From NCBI GenBank assembly GCA_036555345.1, contig DATBLN010000181.1:5112-69111 (forward strand): a DNA stretch of 64,000 nt, written 5' to 3'. Positions 1-9,513 of the stretch are shown here, piece by piece. The first letter of the stretch is position 1. Each line of letters opens with the position of its first letter. This DNA is from Steroidobacteraceae bacterium (GTDB lineage Bacteria; Pseudomonadota; Gammaproteobacteria; Steroidobacterales; Steroidobacteraceae). Both the position numbers and the translations under genes were made by a program. A model generated the notes under the pieces. It was given only the letters and a program-made list of their open reading frames with translations, was not told where the DNA came from and did not search any database.

Positions 1-2348
1 TGCTGTTCGAGCGCTTCCTGAACCCCGAGCGCGTCTCCATGCCGGACTTCGACATCGACTTCTGCATGGAGCGGCGCGACGAGGTCATCGAGTACGTGGC
101 CGGGCGCTACGGGCGCGATCGCGTGTCGCAGATCATCACCTTCGGCACGCTCGCGGCGCGCGCGGTCGTGCGCGACGTCGGCCGCGTGCAGGGCCTGCCG
201 TACGGTTTCGTGGACGGCGTGGCGAAGCTGATTCCGTTCGAGCTCGGCATCACGCTGGAGGACGCCCTGGCGAAGGAGCCGGAGCTCGCGCGCCGCTACC
301 GCGAAGAGGAGGAGGTGCGCGACCTGATCGACCTGGCGCGGAAGCTCGAGGGCCTGGCGCGCAACGCCGGCACGCACGCGGGCGGCGTCGTGATCGCGCC
401 GTCCCCGCTCACGGATTTCACGGCGCTCTACGCGGAATCCGGCGGCGGCAGCGTCGTCACGCAGTTCGACAAGGACGACGTCGAGCAGGTGGGGCTCGTG
501 AAATTCGACTTCCTCGGCCTGCGCACGCTCACGATCATCGACTGGACCGTGCGCACCATCAACGCGGCGAGGAACCGCGCGGGCGAGGCGCCGCTGGACA
601 TCTCCGCGCTTCCGCTCGACGATGCCGACACGTACCGGCTCCTGAAGTCCTGCCGCACGACTGCGGTGTTCCAGCTGGAGTCACGCGGCATGCGCGACCT
701 GGTGCGCAAGCTGCAGCCCGACTGCTTCGACGACATCGTCGCGCTGGTCGCGCTGTTCCGGCCTGGCCCGCTGCAGTCGGGCATGGTGGACGATTTCATC
801 GCGCGCAAGCACGGCCGCATCAGCGGCCCGATCGACTACCTGCATCCGAGCCTGGCCGGGATCCTGAAGCCGACCTACGGCGTCATCCTGTACCAGGAGC
901 AGGTGATGCAGATCGCGCAGACGCTCTCGGGGTACACGCTGGGCGGCGCCGACCTGCTGCGGCGCGCGATGGGGAAGAAGAAGCCCGAGGAGATGGCGAC
1001 GCAGCGCTCCGTGTTCGTGGAGGGCGCCGTCGCGCGCGGCGTGCCGGAGGCGCGCGCCGGGCAGATCTTCGACCTGATCGAGAAGTTCGCCGGATACGGC
1101 TTCAACAAGTCGCACTCCGTCGCCTATGCGCTGCTCGCCTACCAGACCGCCTGGCTCAAGGCTCATTACCCGGAGGCGTTCATGGCCGCCGTGCTGTCCT
1201 CCGACATGGAGCACACGGACAAGGTGGTCTCCTTCATCGATGATTGCGCCGGCATCGGGCTCGAGGTGCAGCCGCCGGACGTGAACCACTCGGAGTACGC
1301 CTTCACGGTCGCGGGGCCCGGCACCATCCGCTACGGCCTCGGCGCCGTGAAGGGCGTCGGCCGCGGGGCCGTGGACGCGATCGTCGCGGAGCGCGGGCGC
1401 GGCGGCCCCTTCCGCGGGCTCGCGGACCTGTGCCGGCGCGTGGACCTGAAGCTCGCCGGCCGGCGCACGCTCGAGGCGATGGTCAAGGCCGGATGCCTGG
1501 ACGGCTTCGGCCAGAACCGGGCGACGCTCATGAACGCGCTGCCCGCGGCGATGCAGCTCGGCGAGCAGCGCACGCGCGCGGTCGCCGCCGGCCAGGACGA
1601 CCTGTTCGGCGGGCTCGCCGCGCCCGCGGAGGAGGCGGCGCCGACCGCCCTCGATCTCGCCGTGGTGCCGGACTGGAGCGAGTCCGTGCGGCTCGCCGGC
1701 GAGCGCGAGACGCTCGGGCTCTTCCTGACGGGTCACCCGATCGCCGAGGTCGAGCAGGAACTCCGGCAGCTCGTGCCGGCGCGGATCGCGGACCTCGGCG
1801 GGCCGCGGCCGGCTCCCGACCCGCGCGGCTACGGCGGCGGCCGCAATGTCGCCATCGCGGGGCTCGTGCTCGAGATCCGCCGGCGCGGGCCGCGCATGAC
1901 GCTCCTGCTCGATGACCGCAGCGGCCGCATCGAGGTGAGCCTGTTCGACGACGTCTGGCAGCAGCACCGCCGCGTGATCGCGCGCGACGCGATCCTCGTG
2001 GTGGAGGGGACGCTCCGCTTCGACGAGTTCATCGAGGACTGGCGCATCAACGCGAAGAAGCTCACGCCGATCGACGAACTGCGCGAGCGCGAGGCGAAGC
2101 GCCTGCTGATCCGCCTGCCGCCCGCCGCGGCCGGCGCCCGGCTGCTCGAGCGGCTCGAGGAGACGCTGCGGCCCTGCCGCGGAGGCGGCTGCGGCATCGC
2201 CGTCCATTACATCGGCGACGAGGCGCGGGCCACGCTCGCGCTGCCGGAGGAATGGTCGGTCACGCCGACGCGGGCGCTGCTCGAGGAGCTGTGCGCGCTG
2301 GTGGGCCGCGACGGCGTGCGCGTGCTGTACGGACAGCGGGCCGACTGA
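1..2348 (+). CDS. dnaE: DNA polymerase III alpha subunit, C-terminal ~780 codons (5' end lies upstream of window)
   Basis: The frame is open from base 3 (LFERFLNPERVSMPDFDIDFC...), so the ORF-track Met at 39 is internal. DnaE-typical strings are present: PDFDIDFC, GLVKFDFLGLRTL, GYGFNKSHSVAYA. Stop is at 2346-2348. Confidence 0.95.
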   Translation, partial: LFERFLNPERVSMPDFDIDFCMERRDEVIEYVAGRYGRDRVSQIITFGTLAARAVVRDVGRVQGLPYGFVDGVAKLIPFELGITLEDALAKEPELARRYREEEEVRDLIDLARKLEGLARNAGTHAGGVVIAPSPLTDFTALYAESGGGSVVTQFDKDDVEQVGLVKFDFLGLRTLTIIDWTVRTINAARNRAGEAPLDISALPLDDADTYRLLKSCRTTAVFQLESRGMRDLVRKLQPDCFDDIVALVALFRPGPLQSGMVDDFIARKHGRISGPIDYLHPSLAGILKPTYGVILYQEQVMQIAQTLSGYTLGGADLLRRAMGKKKPEEMATQRSVFVEGAVARGVPEARAGQIFDLIEKFAGYGFNKSHSVAYALLAYQTAWLKAHYPEAFMAAVLSSDMEHTDKVVSFIDDCAGIGLEVQPPDVNHSEYAFTVAGPGTIRYGLGAVKGVGRGAVDAIVAERGRGGPFRGLADLCRRVDLKLAGRRTLEAMVKAGCLDGFGQNRATLMNALPAAMQLGEQRTRAVAAGQDDLFGGLAAPAEEAAPTALDLAVVPDWSESVRLAGERETLGLFLTGHPIAEVEQELRQLVPARIADLGGPRPAPDPRGYGGGRNVAIAGLVLEIRRRGPRMTLLLDDRSGRIEVSLFDDVWQQHRRVIARDAILVVEGTLRFDEFIEDWRINAKKLTPIDELREREAKRLLIRLPPAAAGARLLERLEETLRPCRGGGCGIAVHYIGDEARATLALPEEWSVTPTRALLEELCALVGRDGVRVLYGQRAD

Positions 2349-2375
2349 GACGCCGCCGGCCACTATACTGCCCGC

Positions 2376-3335
2376 ATGGCGCTCCAATTCCTGGACTTCG
2401 AACAGCCGATCGCGGAACTCGAGGCGAAGATCGAGGAGCTGCGCTTCCTCGGCAACGACACCGAGCTCAACATCGCCGACGAGATCGAGAAGCTGCGGGC
2501 GAAGAGCCGCACGCTCACGACCAGCATCTTCGCGAACCTGACGGCCTGGCAGATCACGCAGCTGGCGCGTCACCCTCAGCGGCCGTACACGCTCGACTAC
2601 CTGCCGCTGGTGTTCACGGAATTCCAGGAACTGCACGGCGACCGCATGTACGCGGACGACCAGGCGATCGTCGGCGGGGTCGCGCGGCTCGCCGGCACGC
2701 CGGTCATGGTGATCGGCCAGCAGAAGGGCCGCGACACCAAGGAGCGCGTGCGGCGCAACTACGGCATGCCGAAGCCGGAGGGCTACCGCAAGGCGCGGCG
2801 GCTGATGACGACCGCGGAGCGCTTCGGCCTGCCGCTCGTGACGCTCATCGACACGCCGGGGGCCTACCCGGGCGTGGGCTCGGAGGAACGCAACCAGAGC
2901 GAGGCGATCGCGCGCAACCTGTTCGACATGGCGCGCCTTGCGGTGCCCATCGTCAGCTGCGTGATCGGCGAGGGCGGCTCCGGCGGGGCGCTCGCCATCG
3001 GCGTCTGCGACCGGCTGCTGATGCTGCAGTACAGCGTCTATTCGGTGATCTCGCCGGAAGGCTGCGCCTCGATCCTCTGGAAGAGCGCGGACCGGCGCGA
3101 GCTCGCCGCCGAGGCGATGGGCATCACGGCGGACCGCCTGGCGCGCCTCGACCTCGTCGACGAGGTCATCGGCGAGCCGCTCGGCGGCGCGCACCGCGAC
3201 CCGCAGGCGACGGCCGCGGCGCTCGGCGAGGCGCTGGCGCGGCAGCTCGGCGCGCTGACCGCCTTGCCGGCGGATCGCCTGCTCTCCGACCGTCAGCGGA
3301 GACTGCGTGAATTCGGGGTCTTCGGCGGCGCCTGA
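2376..3335 (+). CDS. accA: acetyl-CoA carboxylase carboxyltransferase alpha subunit
   Basis: 319 aa. N-terminus is [23 protein letters not shown]. The core [26 protein letters not shown] is typical of AccA. Confidence 0.95.
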   Translation: MALQFLDFEQPIAELEAKIEELRFLGNDTELNIADEIEKLRAKSRTLTTSIFANLTAWQITQLARHPQRPYTLDYLPLVFTEFQELHGDRMYADDQAIVGGVARLAGTPVMVIGQQKGRDTKERVRRNYGMPKPEGYRKARRLMTTAERFGLPLVTLIDTPGAYPGVGSEERNQSEAIARNLFDMARLAVPIVSCVIGEGGSGGALAIGVCDRLLMLQYSVYSVISPEGCASILWKSADRRELAAEAMGITADRLARLDLVDEVIGEPLGGAHRDPQATAAALGEALARQLGALTALPADRLLSDRQRRLREFGVFGGA

Positions 3336-3336
3336 C

Positions 3337-4677
3337 ATGCCATTCGGCGCAGAGCGGCTCGCCGCCCTGCTCGCGGCACTCGATCCGGCGTGGCAGACGG
3401 CTTCCTGGTGCGTCGCCGTGAGCGGCGGCATCGACTCGGTCGTGCTGCTGCACGCCATGAGCGCGTTGCGGGCCGCCGGACGGCCCTTCGGGCTGCGCGC
3501 GGTGCATGTCGACCATGGCCTGCAATCGCAATCGCCGGACTGGGCCGGACACTGCGGGGTCCTGTGCGGAAGGCTCGGAGTTCCGCTCGAGGTCCTGCGG
3601 CTTGGTCTCGCCGCGACGCCCGGCGAGAGCGTCGAAGCAGCGGCGCGGTCGGCGCGCTACGCCGTCCTCGCGCGTCACCTGCTCCCGGAAGAATGGCTGC
3701 TGACCGCCCACCACGAGGACGACCAGCTCGAGACCGTGCTGATCCAGCTGTTGCGCGGCGCGGGCGTCGCCGGGCTCGCCGGCATGCCGGCCAGCGCGCC
3801 GCTGGGCGCCGGCCGCCACGGCCGGCCGCTGCTGGGCGTCGATCGCGCGGCCATCGCCGCCTATGCCGCCAGGCATGCGCTCGACTACCAGCGCGACCCC
3901 ATGAACGACGACCCGCGCTTCGACCGCGGATGGCTGCGCAGCGAAATCCTGCCCCGCCTGCGCTCACGCTGGCCGGCGGCTGCGGCGACGGTCTCGCGCA
4001 GCGCCGTCCACTTCGCCCAGGCCGAGCGGCTGCTCGCGGAAGTCGCAATCGCGGACGCGACGGCCGTGGCCGACGGCCATCGCTTGTCGGTGGCCGGGCT
4101 GCGGCGCCTGTCGCGCGACCGACAGGCCAACCTGCTGCGCGGGTGGCTGCGGGAGCGGGGACTGCGGCCGCCGCCCGCCGCGCGTCTGGCCGCGGTGCTC
4201 GATGAACTGCTGCCGGCGCGCGCGGACGCGCAGCCGCTGGTGCGCTGGCCGGACGGGGAGATCAGGCGCTACCGCGGCAGGCTGTACGCGATGCAGCCGC
4301 TCCACGCGGTTTCGCGGGACGCGGCCCTTTCGCCGGACACGGATGGCGGCGTGAGTCTGGGGATCGGCGGCGGGCGCTTCCGTCTGGTGCGCAGCGACGC
4401 GGGCCGGATCCTGGCGACGCTGCCGGGGCCCCTGGAGGTGCGTTTCCGCCGCGGCGGCGAGAGCCTGCGTCCCTCGGCCGGCCGGCCGCGCAAGCGGCTC
4501 AAGGACCTGTGCCAGGAGGCGGGCATCGTGCCGTGGATGAGGGGGCGCCTGCCGCTCGTCCATGCCGGGGGCAGGCTGGTCGCGGTCGCGGACCTGTGGG
4601 TCGAGGCGGAATTCCAGGCGCCACGCGGCGCTCGAGGATTGCTGCCGGTGTGGGATGGCCGCCCGGAGCTCTTCTAG
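3337..4677 (+). CDS. tilS: tRNA(Ile)-lysidine synthase
   Basis: PP-loop VAVSGGIDSVVLLH and the HHEDDQLET motif are present. ATG 3337 lies 1 nt after the accA stop, whereas the ORF-track start at 3307 would overlap accA. Confidence 0.9.
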   Translation: MPFGAERLAALLAALDPAWQTASWCVAVSGGIDSVVLLHAMSALRAAGRPFGLRAVHVDHGLQSQSPDWAGHCGVLCGRLGVPLEVLRLGLAATPGESVEAAARSARYAVLARHLLPEEWLLTAHHEDDQLETVLIQLLRGAGVAGLAGMPASAPLGAGRHGRPLLGVDRAAIAAYAARHALDYQRDPMNDDPRFDRGWLRSEILPRLRSRWPAAAATVSRSAVHFAQAERLLAEVAIADATAVADGHRLSVAGLRRLSRDRQANLLRGWLRERGLRPPPAARLAAVLDELLPARADAQPLVRWPDGEIRRYRGRLYAMQPLHAVSRDAALSPDTDGGVSLGIGGGRFRLVRSDAGRILATLPGPLEVRFRRGGESLRPSAGRPRKRLKDLCQEAGIVPWMRGRLPLVHAGGRLVAVADLWVEAEFQAPRGARGLLPVWDGRPELF

Positions 4678-4699
4678 CCCGGCCGCGCGGGCCGTTGCC

Positions 4700-5149
4700 T
4701 TACTGCCAGCACTCCGCGCTGTTGTCGGCGCCGCCCGCATTGGCGGCGGTGCGCACGCCCGCATTGGTGACGGTGAAGGTGCGGCAGTCGGTGTCCTGGA
4801 ACTGGTTGCCGCCGGCAGTCGCGGTCGCCGAGGCGGTGAAGCTCACGGCATCGGCGTTGACGATCGCCAGGTCATACCAGCCGTTCTTGCTCGCGTCCGG
4901 GGACAGCAGTTCGCCTGCGGCGCAATCGGTCGCATTCGCGAGATCAGTCGCGTAGGCGTTGCACTGGAGGTAATGCTTCTCCTGGGCGGTCGCGAGCGCG
5001 AGCAGGGCGTCCTTCGCGTCGGCGCGCTGGCTGCGGATCACGTAGGCGCGATACGAAGGGATCGCGACCGACGCGAGGATGCCCACGATGATGACGACGA
5101 TGACCAGCTCGATCAGCGTGACGCCGCGCTGGCGGTGACGTTGGTTCAT
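4700..5149 (-). CDS. pilE: type IV pilus minor pilin PilE
   Basis: 149 aa. It has a class-III prepilin signal QRG|VTLIELVIVVIIVGILASVAIPSY and C-terminal Cys pairs. It is the last gene of the fimU-pilVWX-pilY1 block. Confidence 0.85.
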   Translation of the reverse strand: MNQRHRQRGVTLIELVIVVIIVGILASVAIPSYRAYVIRSQRADAKDALLALATAQEKHYLQCNAYATDLANATDCAAGELLSPDASKNGWYDLAIVNADAVSFTASATATAGGNQFQDTDCRTFTVTNAGVRTAANAGGADNSAECWQ

Positions 5150-5156
5150 GGTGTCC

Positions 5157-8100
5157 TCAGTTCACGCCGGTCTGGCGCCAGAAGGTGCGCACCGGCGCGA
5201 GGTTGACGCCCACTCCGCAATTCTCCAGGCCGACCAGGCACTGCGGCGGCGGGCGGCACTCGGCGCCCACGCAGTTGACCGGGTCCTCCGGGCTCGGGAA
5301 GAGCCAGACCACCTCCGGCGCGATGCCGCCCTGCGACAGCTCGGTGTCGCGGTCGCCGGCGGAATCCGGCGGGTCGGTCGGGTTCTCGCGGTCGAACACC
5401 GGGGCGCCGGTGTAGGCGCTCACCGTGTACAGACGGTTCGTGCCGACGCCGGGCGCGCACGACGTGCTCACCACGGTCGAGGCCGAATTCGGCTCGTACG
5501 TCGAGAACTGGATCATGCTCTGGATCGTGCGCGCCTCGGCGAGGGACTTCTCGCCGGTCCAGGCGCCACCCGGCCGGCGCAGGTCCATGCGCCAGCCCGA
5601 GGCGCCCGGCGGGATGGTCGGCGCGATGTCGCTCGTCACGTCGATCAGGTTGACGTCCGCCTCCGTGATCGGCGTGATCGCGTCGTACTGCGCCTGCGTG
5701 AGGCGGGCGAACGGCCGGTGGTCGCGCAGGCTGTAGAAGCGGTCCTGCGTGTCCAGGTTGAGCGGATGGCCGCGATAACCCGAGCCGAGCGCCACGTTGA
5801 TCCAGGTCCGGCCGCCCGAGCTCAGGAACGACACGTCCGGCGCGCTGTAGAAGCGGCGCGTGGTCGTGTCCGGGTGCGTGGACAGGTGGGCGTTGCCGAG
5901 CGAGGCAAGCACGCCACCGGTCACCAGGTTGTCGCGGTCCTGGCCGTTGTGGATGTCGAAGCGCCACACGCGCCCGCCCATGTCCGCCGCGTACATGCGG
6001 TCGGCGAATCCGTCGCCGGTCAGGTCGAAGACACGCACGTCGCCCGGAATGCCGTGCGTCATCGAGGCGTGCCCCAGGTCCGCGTTGGTGTCGGACGCGG
6101 GTCCCGCGTACCACAGCAGGTTGCCGGACAATGCGTCGACGACGAACACCTGGTTGCCAGCCGCATCGGTGGCGTAGGGCCCGTTGTCCTGCACGGTGTC
6201 GTAGCCGCCGCCGAACACCAGCACGTACTGCTGCGTGTTCTGCGTGGCGCCGGCCACGTTGACGCGCGCGATCGAAGGCGTGGACCAGCTCTGGCCGGCG
6301 CCGGGCAGCTGGCGCAGCCCGGTCTCGTTCGGCCCGATGCGGAACAGCAACGTGGGCGCGTTGCGGTCCGTGACGTCGAGGCCGAAGTACTCGCTGCCGC
6401 CGCGGCGCATGCCGAAGTAGAGGTACACGCGCTCGCCGAGCAGCGGTTCCAGCACGCCGTTGTCGTTGACCTCGTGCTTCAGGACCCGGATGTTGCCGTC
6501 CAGGCCGTAGGTACGGTCGGTGATCGCGTCGTTGTAGTAGAGGTCGCGGGCGCGCGCCAGCAGCTGGCGCGGCGCGAAGGCCCACAGCTCGTCGCCGTCC
6601 ACGGCGTCGATGGCGTGCAGGTAGCCTTCATTCGTGACCGCGTAGACCACGCCGTCGGTCGGGTCGGGGCTCCCCACCGTACCACCGTAGATCACGGTCG
6701 CCGGCCGGCCGTTCATCGGGTCGCCCATCGAGAGCCGCGCGTCCGTGGTCGCGCCGTCGGCGTCCTCGTCGGCGACGTCGGCGCCGCGCAGCCAGTTGAT
6801 CAGCGCGTCGCGCCCCGGGGCCTCGACGGCGCCGAGGCCGAGCGAGGCGGTCGTGATCGCCGTGTTGCCGGTCGCCATCTGGTTGGCTGCCGCGGTCAGC
6901 AGCGCGGTCGCCGACAGTTCGCTGTAGACGTTTCGCGAGGCCGGGTCAGGCAGCTCGTTGGCCGCGCCGCCCAGGATCACGCGGTCGCCGTCCACGCCGC
7001 TCGACCAGAAGCTCTGCGCCGTGGTGCGGAAGAAGCCGGTCGCGAACTCGACCGCCGGCACGTCGTTGGCGTCCATGATCGTGCCGTCCGGGTCGAGCCG
7101 GTACTTCTTGATGTTGCCGGACCAGAAGTAGGTCTCGCTCGGCCTGAACACCGTGACATAGAGGTCATTCAGGTTCTGCGTGCGGTTGAAGGCGTTGACC
7201 GACACCGCGGGCGCGGTGAACGAGGTGTTGAAATCGAGGATGTTGCGCACGATCTGCGTCAGCACGGTCGAGAGGCTCGCCGTGTCATTCGCCTCGTAGA
7301 ACACGCCGCCCGCGCCGGCGGCGGTGTTGCGCAGCTTGGTGACCGCGGCCGCGTCCGCGCCCGTCAGCGCGAAACCGATCGTGTAGGTGGTGACATTCTG
7401 CAGGCCCGGCAGGGACGCGCGCATGTCATTCTCGTACATGTACTGCGCGATCTCCTCCAGGCAGCGCCCGTCGCCGGTGCCGGTGCAGTTGCCGCCGATC
7501 AGTCCCTGGATCTCGCTGTTGGCCGTGGTGTCGGCGGTCGGCAGGCCGTCCGTCAGCAGCACGATGAAGTTGCGCTGGCACGAGACCGTCAGCGGGCTCT
7601 GGTAGAACTCGCTGTCGGGCGACGGCCGGCGCGAGCTCGCGATGCTGCGCTGCAGCCCGCCGGAGCCGGGGAAGCGCCGCGAGAAGCTGCCGTAGTCCCA
7701 GCGCGAGCCGGACAGGTACAGGTAGGCCTCGTACATGGACTCCGACAGCGGCGTGCAGCCGTCCGCGTTCAGCGCGGCGATGTCGGCGTTCATCAGTGGC
7801 GCGTTGGTCGCGACGTCATTGATCTCCCGCAGCACCATGCCGCCTTCGGCGCTCGCCGAATCGCCGCAGCCGGCGCTCGTGTTGTTCGAGAACCGCATCA
7901 GCCCGAGGTTGACGTTGTTGGAGACGGCGAGCTGGCTGATCGTGGTGGTCGCCACCTGCTGCATGATCTCGAGGCGCGTCTGGACGGTGGTGGCCGCGTT
8001 GTACAGCCAGTTGAGGTAATTGGCGGAGTAGAACACGTAGGCGTTGTTGGCCGGATTGCCCCATCCGATCGCCTGCCCGGCATTCGCCGTCCAGGGCCCG

Positions 8101-8633
8101 TTGTTGCCGTCCGCGGCCCAGAGCTCCGCGAGGTCCACGCCGTCTCCGTGGAGGCCGGCGTCGTCCTGGCATTCCACCCAGGCGGAGTTGCTGGTCGTGT
8201 TCGTGATGCTGCGCCAGCGCCACTGGCCGCTCGCCCGCCGCCACTGCGCGGCGCGCCCGGCGATGTGATAGCCGGCCGTCAGGAACTGCTTCGAGGCGAC
8301 TTCGCACTTGAATGCCGCGGCCGGCACCGAGGCGCTGTCGCTGCACGACGGCGGACTGCTGGAGTTGTTGCCCGAACGGAAGTAGACGCGGCTCGCATTG
8401 CAGGATCCGGCATACGTGGTCGCCGGGTCGAATGGCACCTGTGTGACGACGTCCGTGCTCATCGACCCCGAGGTGTCCATGATGAACAGGATGTTCGGCC
8501 GCGCGTTCGACACGGCATTGCCGGTGCCGAAGAAGATCTCGGCCTCGTCGGCGCGGGCGGCGCCGGGCAGGCCCGCGAGGGTCGCGAGCGAGGCGGCCAG
8601 CAGATGGTTGAAACGGGTGACTGTCGGTTTCAT
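5157..8633 (-). CDS. pilY1: type IV pilus tip adhesin/biogenesis factor PilY1 (vWA domain plus C-terminal PilY1 propeller)
   Basis: 1158 aa with a signal peptide. The vWA MIDAS motif DTSGS is at 8463-8477. The C-terminal region carries the EF-hand-like loop DLTGDGFAD at 6000-6026, followed by GGRVWRFD. Confidence 0.9.
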   Translation of the reverse strand: MKPTVTRFNHLLAASLATLAGLPGAARADEAEIFFGTGNAVSNARPNILFIMDTSGSMSTDVVTQVPFDPATTYAGSCNASRVYFRSGNNSSSPPSCSDSASVPAAAFKCEVASKQFLTAGYHIAGRAAQWRRASGQWRWRSITNTTSNSAWVECQDDAGLHGDGVDLAELWAADGNNGPWTANAGQAIGWGNPANNAYVFYSANYLNWLYNAATTVQTRLEIMQQVATTTISQLAVSNNVNLGLMRFSNNTSAGCGDSASAEGGMVLREINDVATNAPLMNADIAALNADGCTPLSESMYEAYLYLSGSRWDYGSFSRRFPGSGGLQRSIASSRRPSPDSEFYQSPLTVSCQRNFIVLLTDGLPTADTTANSEIQGLIGGNCTGTGDGRCLEEIAQYMYENDMRASLPGLQNVTTYTIGFALTGADAAAVTKLRNTAAGAGGVFYEANDTASLSTVLTQIVRNILDFNTSFTAPAVSVNAFNRTQNLNDLYVTVFRPSETYFWSGNIKKYRLDPDGTIMDANDVPAVEFATGFFRTTAQSFWSSGVDGDRVILGGAANELPDPASRNVYSELSATALLTAAANQMATGNTAITTASLGLGAVEAPGRDALINWLRGADVADEDADGATTDARLSMGDPMNGRPATVIYGGTVGSPDPTDGVVYAVTNEGYLHAIDAVDGDELWAFAPRQLLARARDLYYNDAITDRTYGLDGNIRVLKHEVNDNGVLEPLLGERVYLYFGMRRGGSEYFGLDVTDRNAPTLLFRIGPNETGLRQLPGAGQSWSTPSIARVNVAGATQNTQQYVLVFGGGYDTVQDNGPYATDAAGNQVFVVDALSGNLLWYAGPASDTNADLGHASMTHGIPGDVRVFDLTGDGFADRMYAADMGGRVWRFDIHNGQDRDNLVTGGVLASLGNAHLSTHPDTTTRRFYSAPDVSFLSSGGRTWINVALGSGYRGHPLNLDTQDRFYSLRDHRPFARLTQAQYDAITPITEADVNLIDVTSDIAPTIPPGASGWRMDLRRPGGAWTGEKSLAEARTIQSMIQFSTYEPNSASTVVSTSCAPGVGTNRLYTVSAYTGAPVFDRENPTDPPDSAGDRDTELSQGGIAPEVVWLFPSPEDPVNCVGAECRPPPQCLVGLENCGVGVNLAPVRTFWRQTGVN

Positions 8634-8643
8634 GGCAGTGCAC

Positions 8644-9042
8644 TCACTGGGTATTGTCGGTGGCGACCAGGCGCAGCCGGGTCAGGGTCCGGTCAGTCGG
8701 ACGATAGAAGACGTAGAGTCGCAGCGCGCCCTTGCCGGCGGCTTCGCGCAGGCGGGCGTAGGGGACGGCCTCGTCACCGATGAAGTAGCGGGTGCGCGGG
8801 CCGAAGGACAGGCGCAGCGACGGGCAGCCACGGCACTCGCTGGCCGTGAGCGTGCCGCCGGCGACGCCCGGCAGCGTCACGAGGTCGGTGCCGGACTCGA
8901 GGCATTCCTCGATCCTCGTGAGCGGTCCCTGGGCCATCGCTGCTGACGCCGCCAGCGAGGCCAGCGCGGCGGCGAGCCAGCCTGCGCGGCGCGCGCGGTG
9001 AGACCGGAGGGTGGCGATGTCCTGATTCGGATTGCGGCTCAT
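8644..9042 (-). CDS. hypothetical secreted protein inside the minor-pilin operon (no family recognised)
   Basis: 132 aa. ATG 9040-9042 has GGAG 6 nt upstream on the minus strand. The signal-peptide-like N-terminus is WLAAALASLAASAAMA|QGP. It has three Cys and no prepilin motif. It lies 18 nt from pilX and 10 nt from pilY1. Confidence 0.6.
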   Translation of the reverse strand: MSRNPNQDIATLRSHRARRAGWLAAALASLAASAAMAQGPLTRIEECLESGTDLVTLPGVAGGTLTASECRGCPSLRLSFGPRTRYFIGDEAVPYARLREAAGKGALRLYVFYRPTDRTLTRLRLVATDNTQ

Positions 9043-9060
9043 GGGTGACTCCGATCGGCC

Positions 9061-9513
9061 TCAGGTGCCCGGGCCGATGACATAGAAGCTCTGCGTGTGC
9101 TGGGCGGTCGCGTTGTCGGGACCGGTGCCGGCGGCGTCGACCTGGAAGTGGTAGGCCTGGAACGCGGAGCCGATGCTGAAGCCCGTCATGCCGGTGCCGA
9201 GGGACGTCTGGCCGACGAACTGCAGCTGGTAGGAATACTGGTCGCCGTCGCCGTTCGGAACCGCCATGGCGGGCTGCGTGAACGGGGCGCTCGTGCTCAG
9301 CACGGGATTGCCAAGCGCATCCTCGACCGCGACCTCGGCGGCCTGGAAGGCGCGTTCCTGGCTCTGCGTGTTGCGCACCATGCGCAGTTCCATGGTCGCG
9401 GTGAACACGCCCGAGACCGCGAGGATCGTGAGCACGACGAGCAGGATGAGCCCGACCACGAGCGCCGCGCCGCGCTGCCTGCCTGCCATCGCGTGATGTC
9501 GACGGGTGCTCAT
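9061..9513 (-). CDS. pilX: type IV pilus minor pilin PilX
   Basis: 150 aa from ATG 9511-9513, which forms an ATGA overlap with the pilW stop. The N-terminus is PilX_N-like: QRGAALVVGLILLVVLTILAVSGVFTATMELRMVRN. The 529-aa ORF-track version is read-through of this frame across pilW. Confidence 0.8.
   Translation of the reverse strand: MSTRRHHAMAGRQRGAALVVGLILLVVLTILAVSGVFTATMELRMVRNTQSQERAFQAAEVAVEDALGNPVLSTSAPFTQPAMAVPNGDGDQYSYQLQFVGQTSLGTGMTGFSIGSAFQAYHFQVDAAGTGPDNATAQHTQSFYVIGPGT

Noticed and set aside
681-3458. 925-aa minus-strand ORF antisense to dnaE and accA
   Set aside because: It lies entirely opposite two unmistakable conserved genes. The translation is an Arg/Ala/Gly/Pro-rich, low-complexity sequence typical of stop-codon-poor antisense frames in ~70% GC DNA, with no recognisable motifs.
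5148-8783. 1211-aa plus-strand ORF antisense to pilY1 (and the 479-aa ORF at 5146-6585 out of frame with it)
   Set aside because: This is the same GC artefact. The pilY1 frame carries a signal peptide, a MIDAS motif and a Ca-loop, while the antisense product is low-complexity Arg/Val/Ala/Gly.
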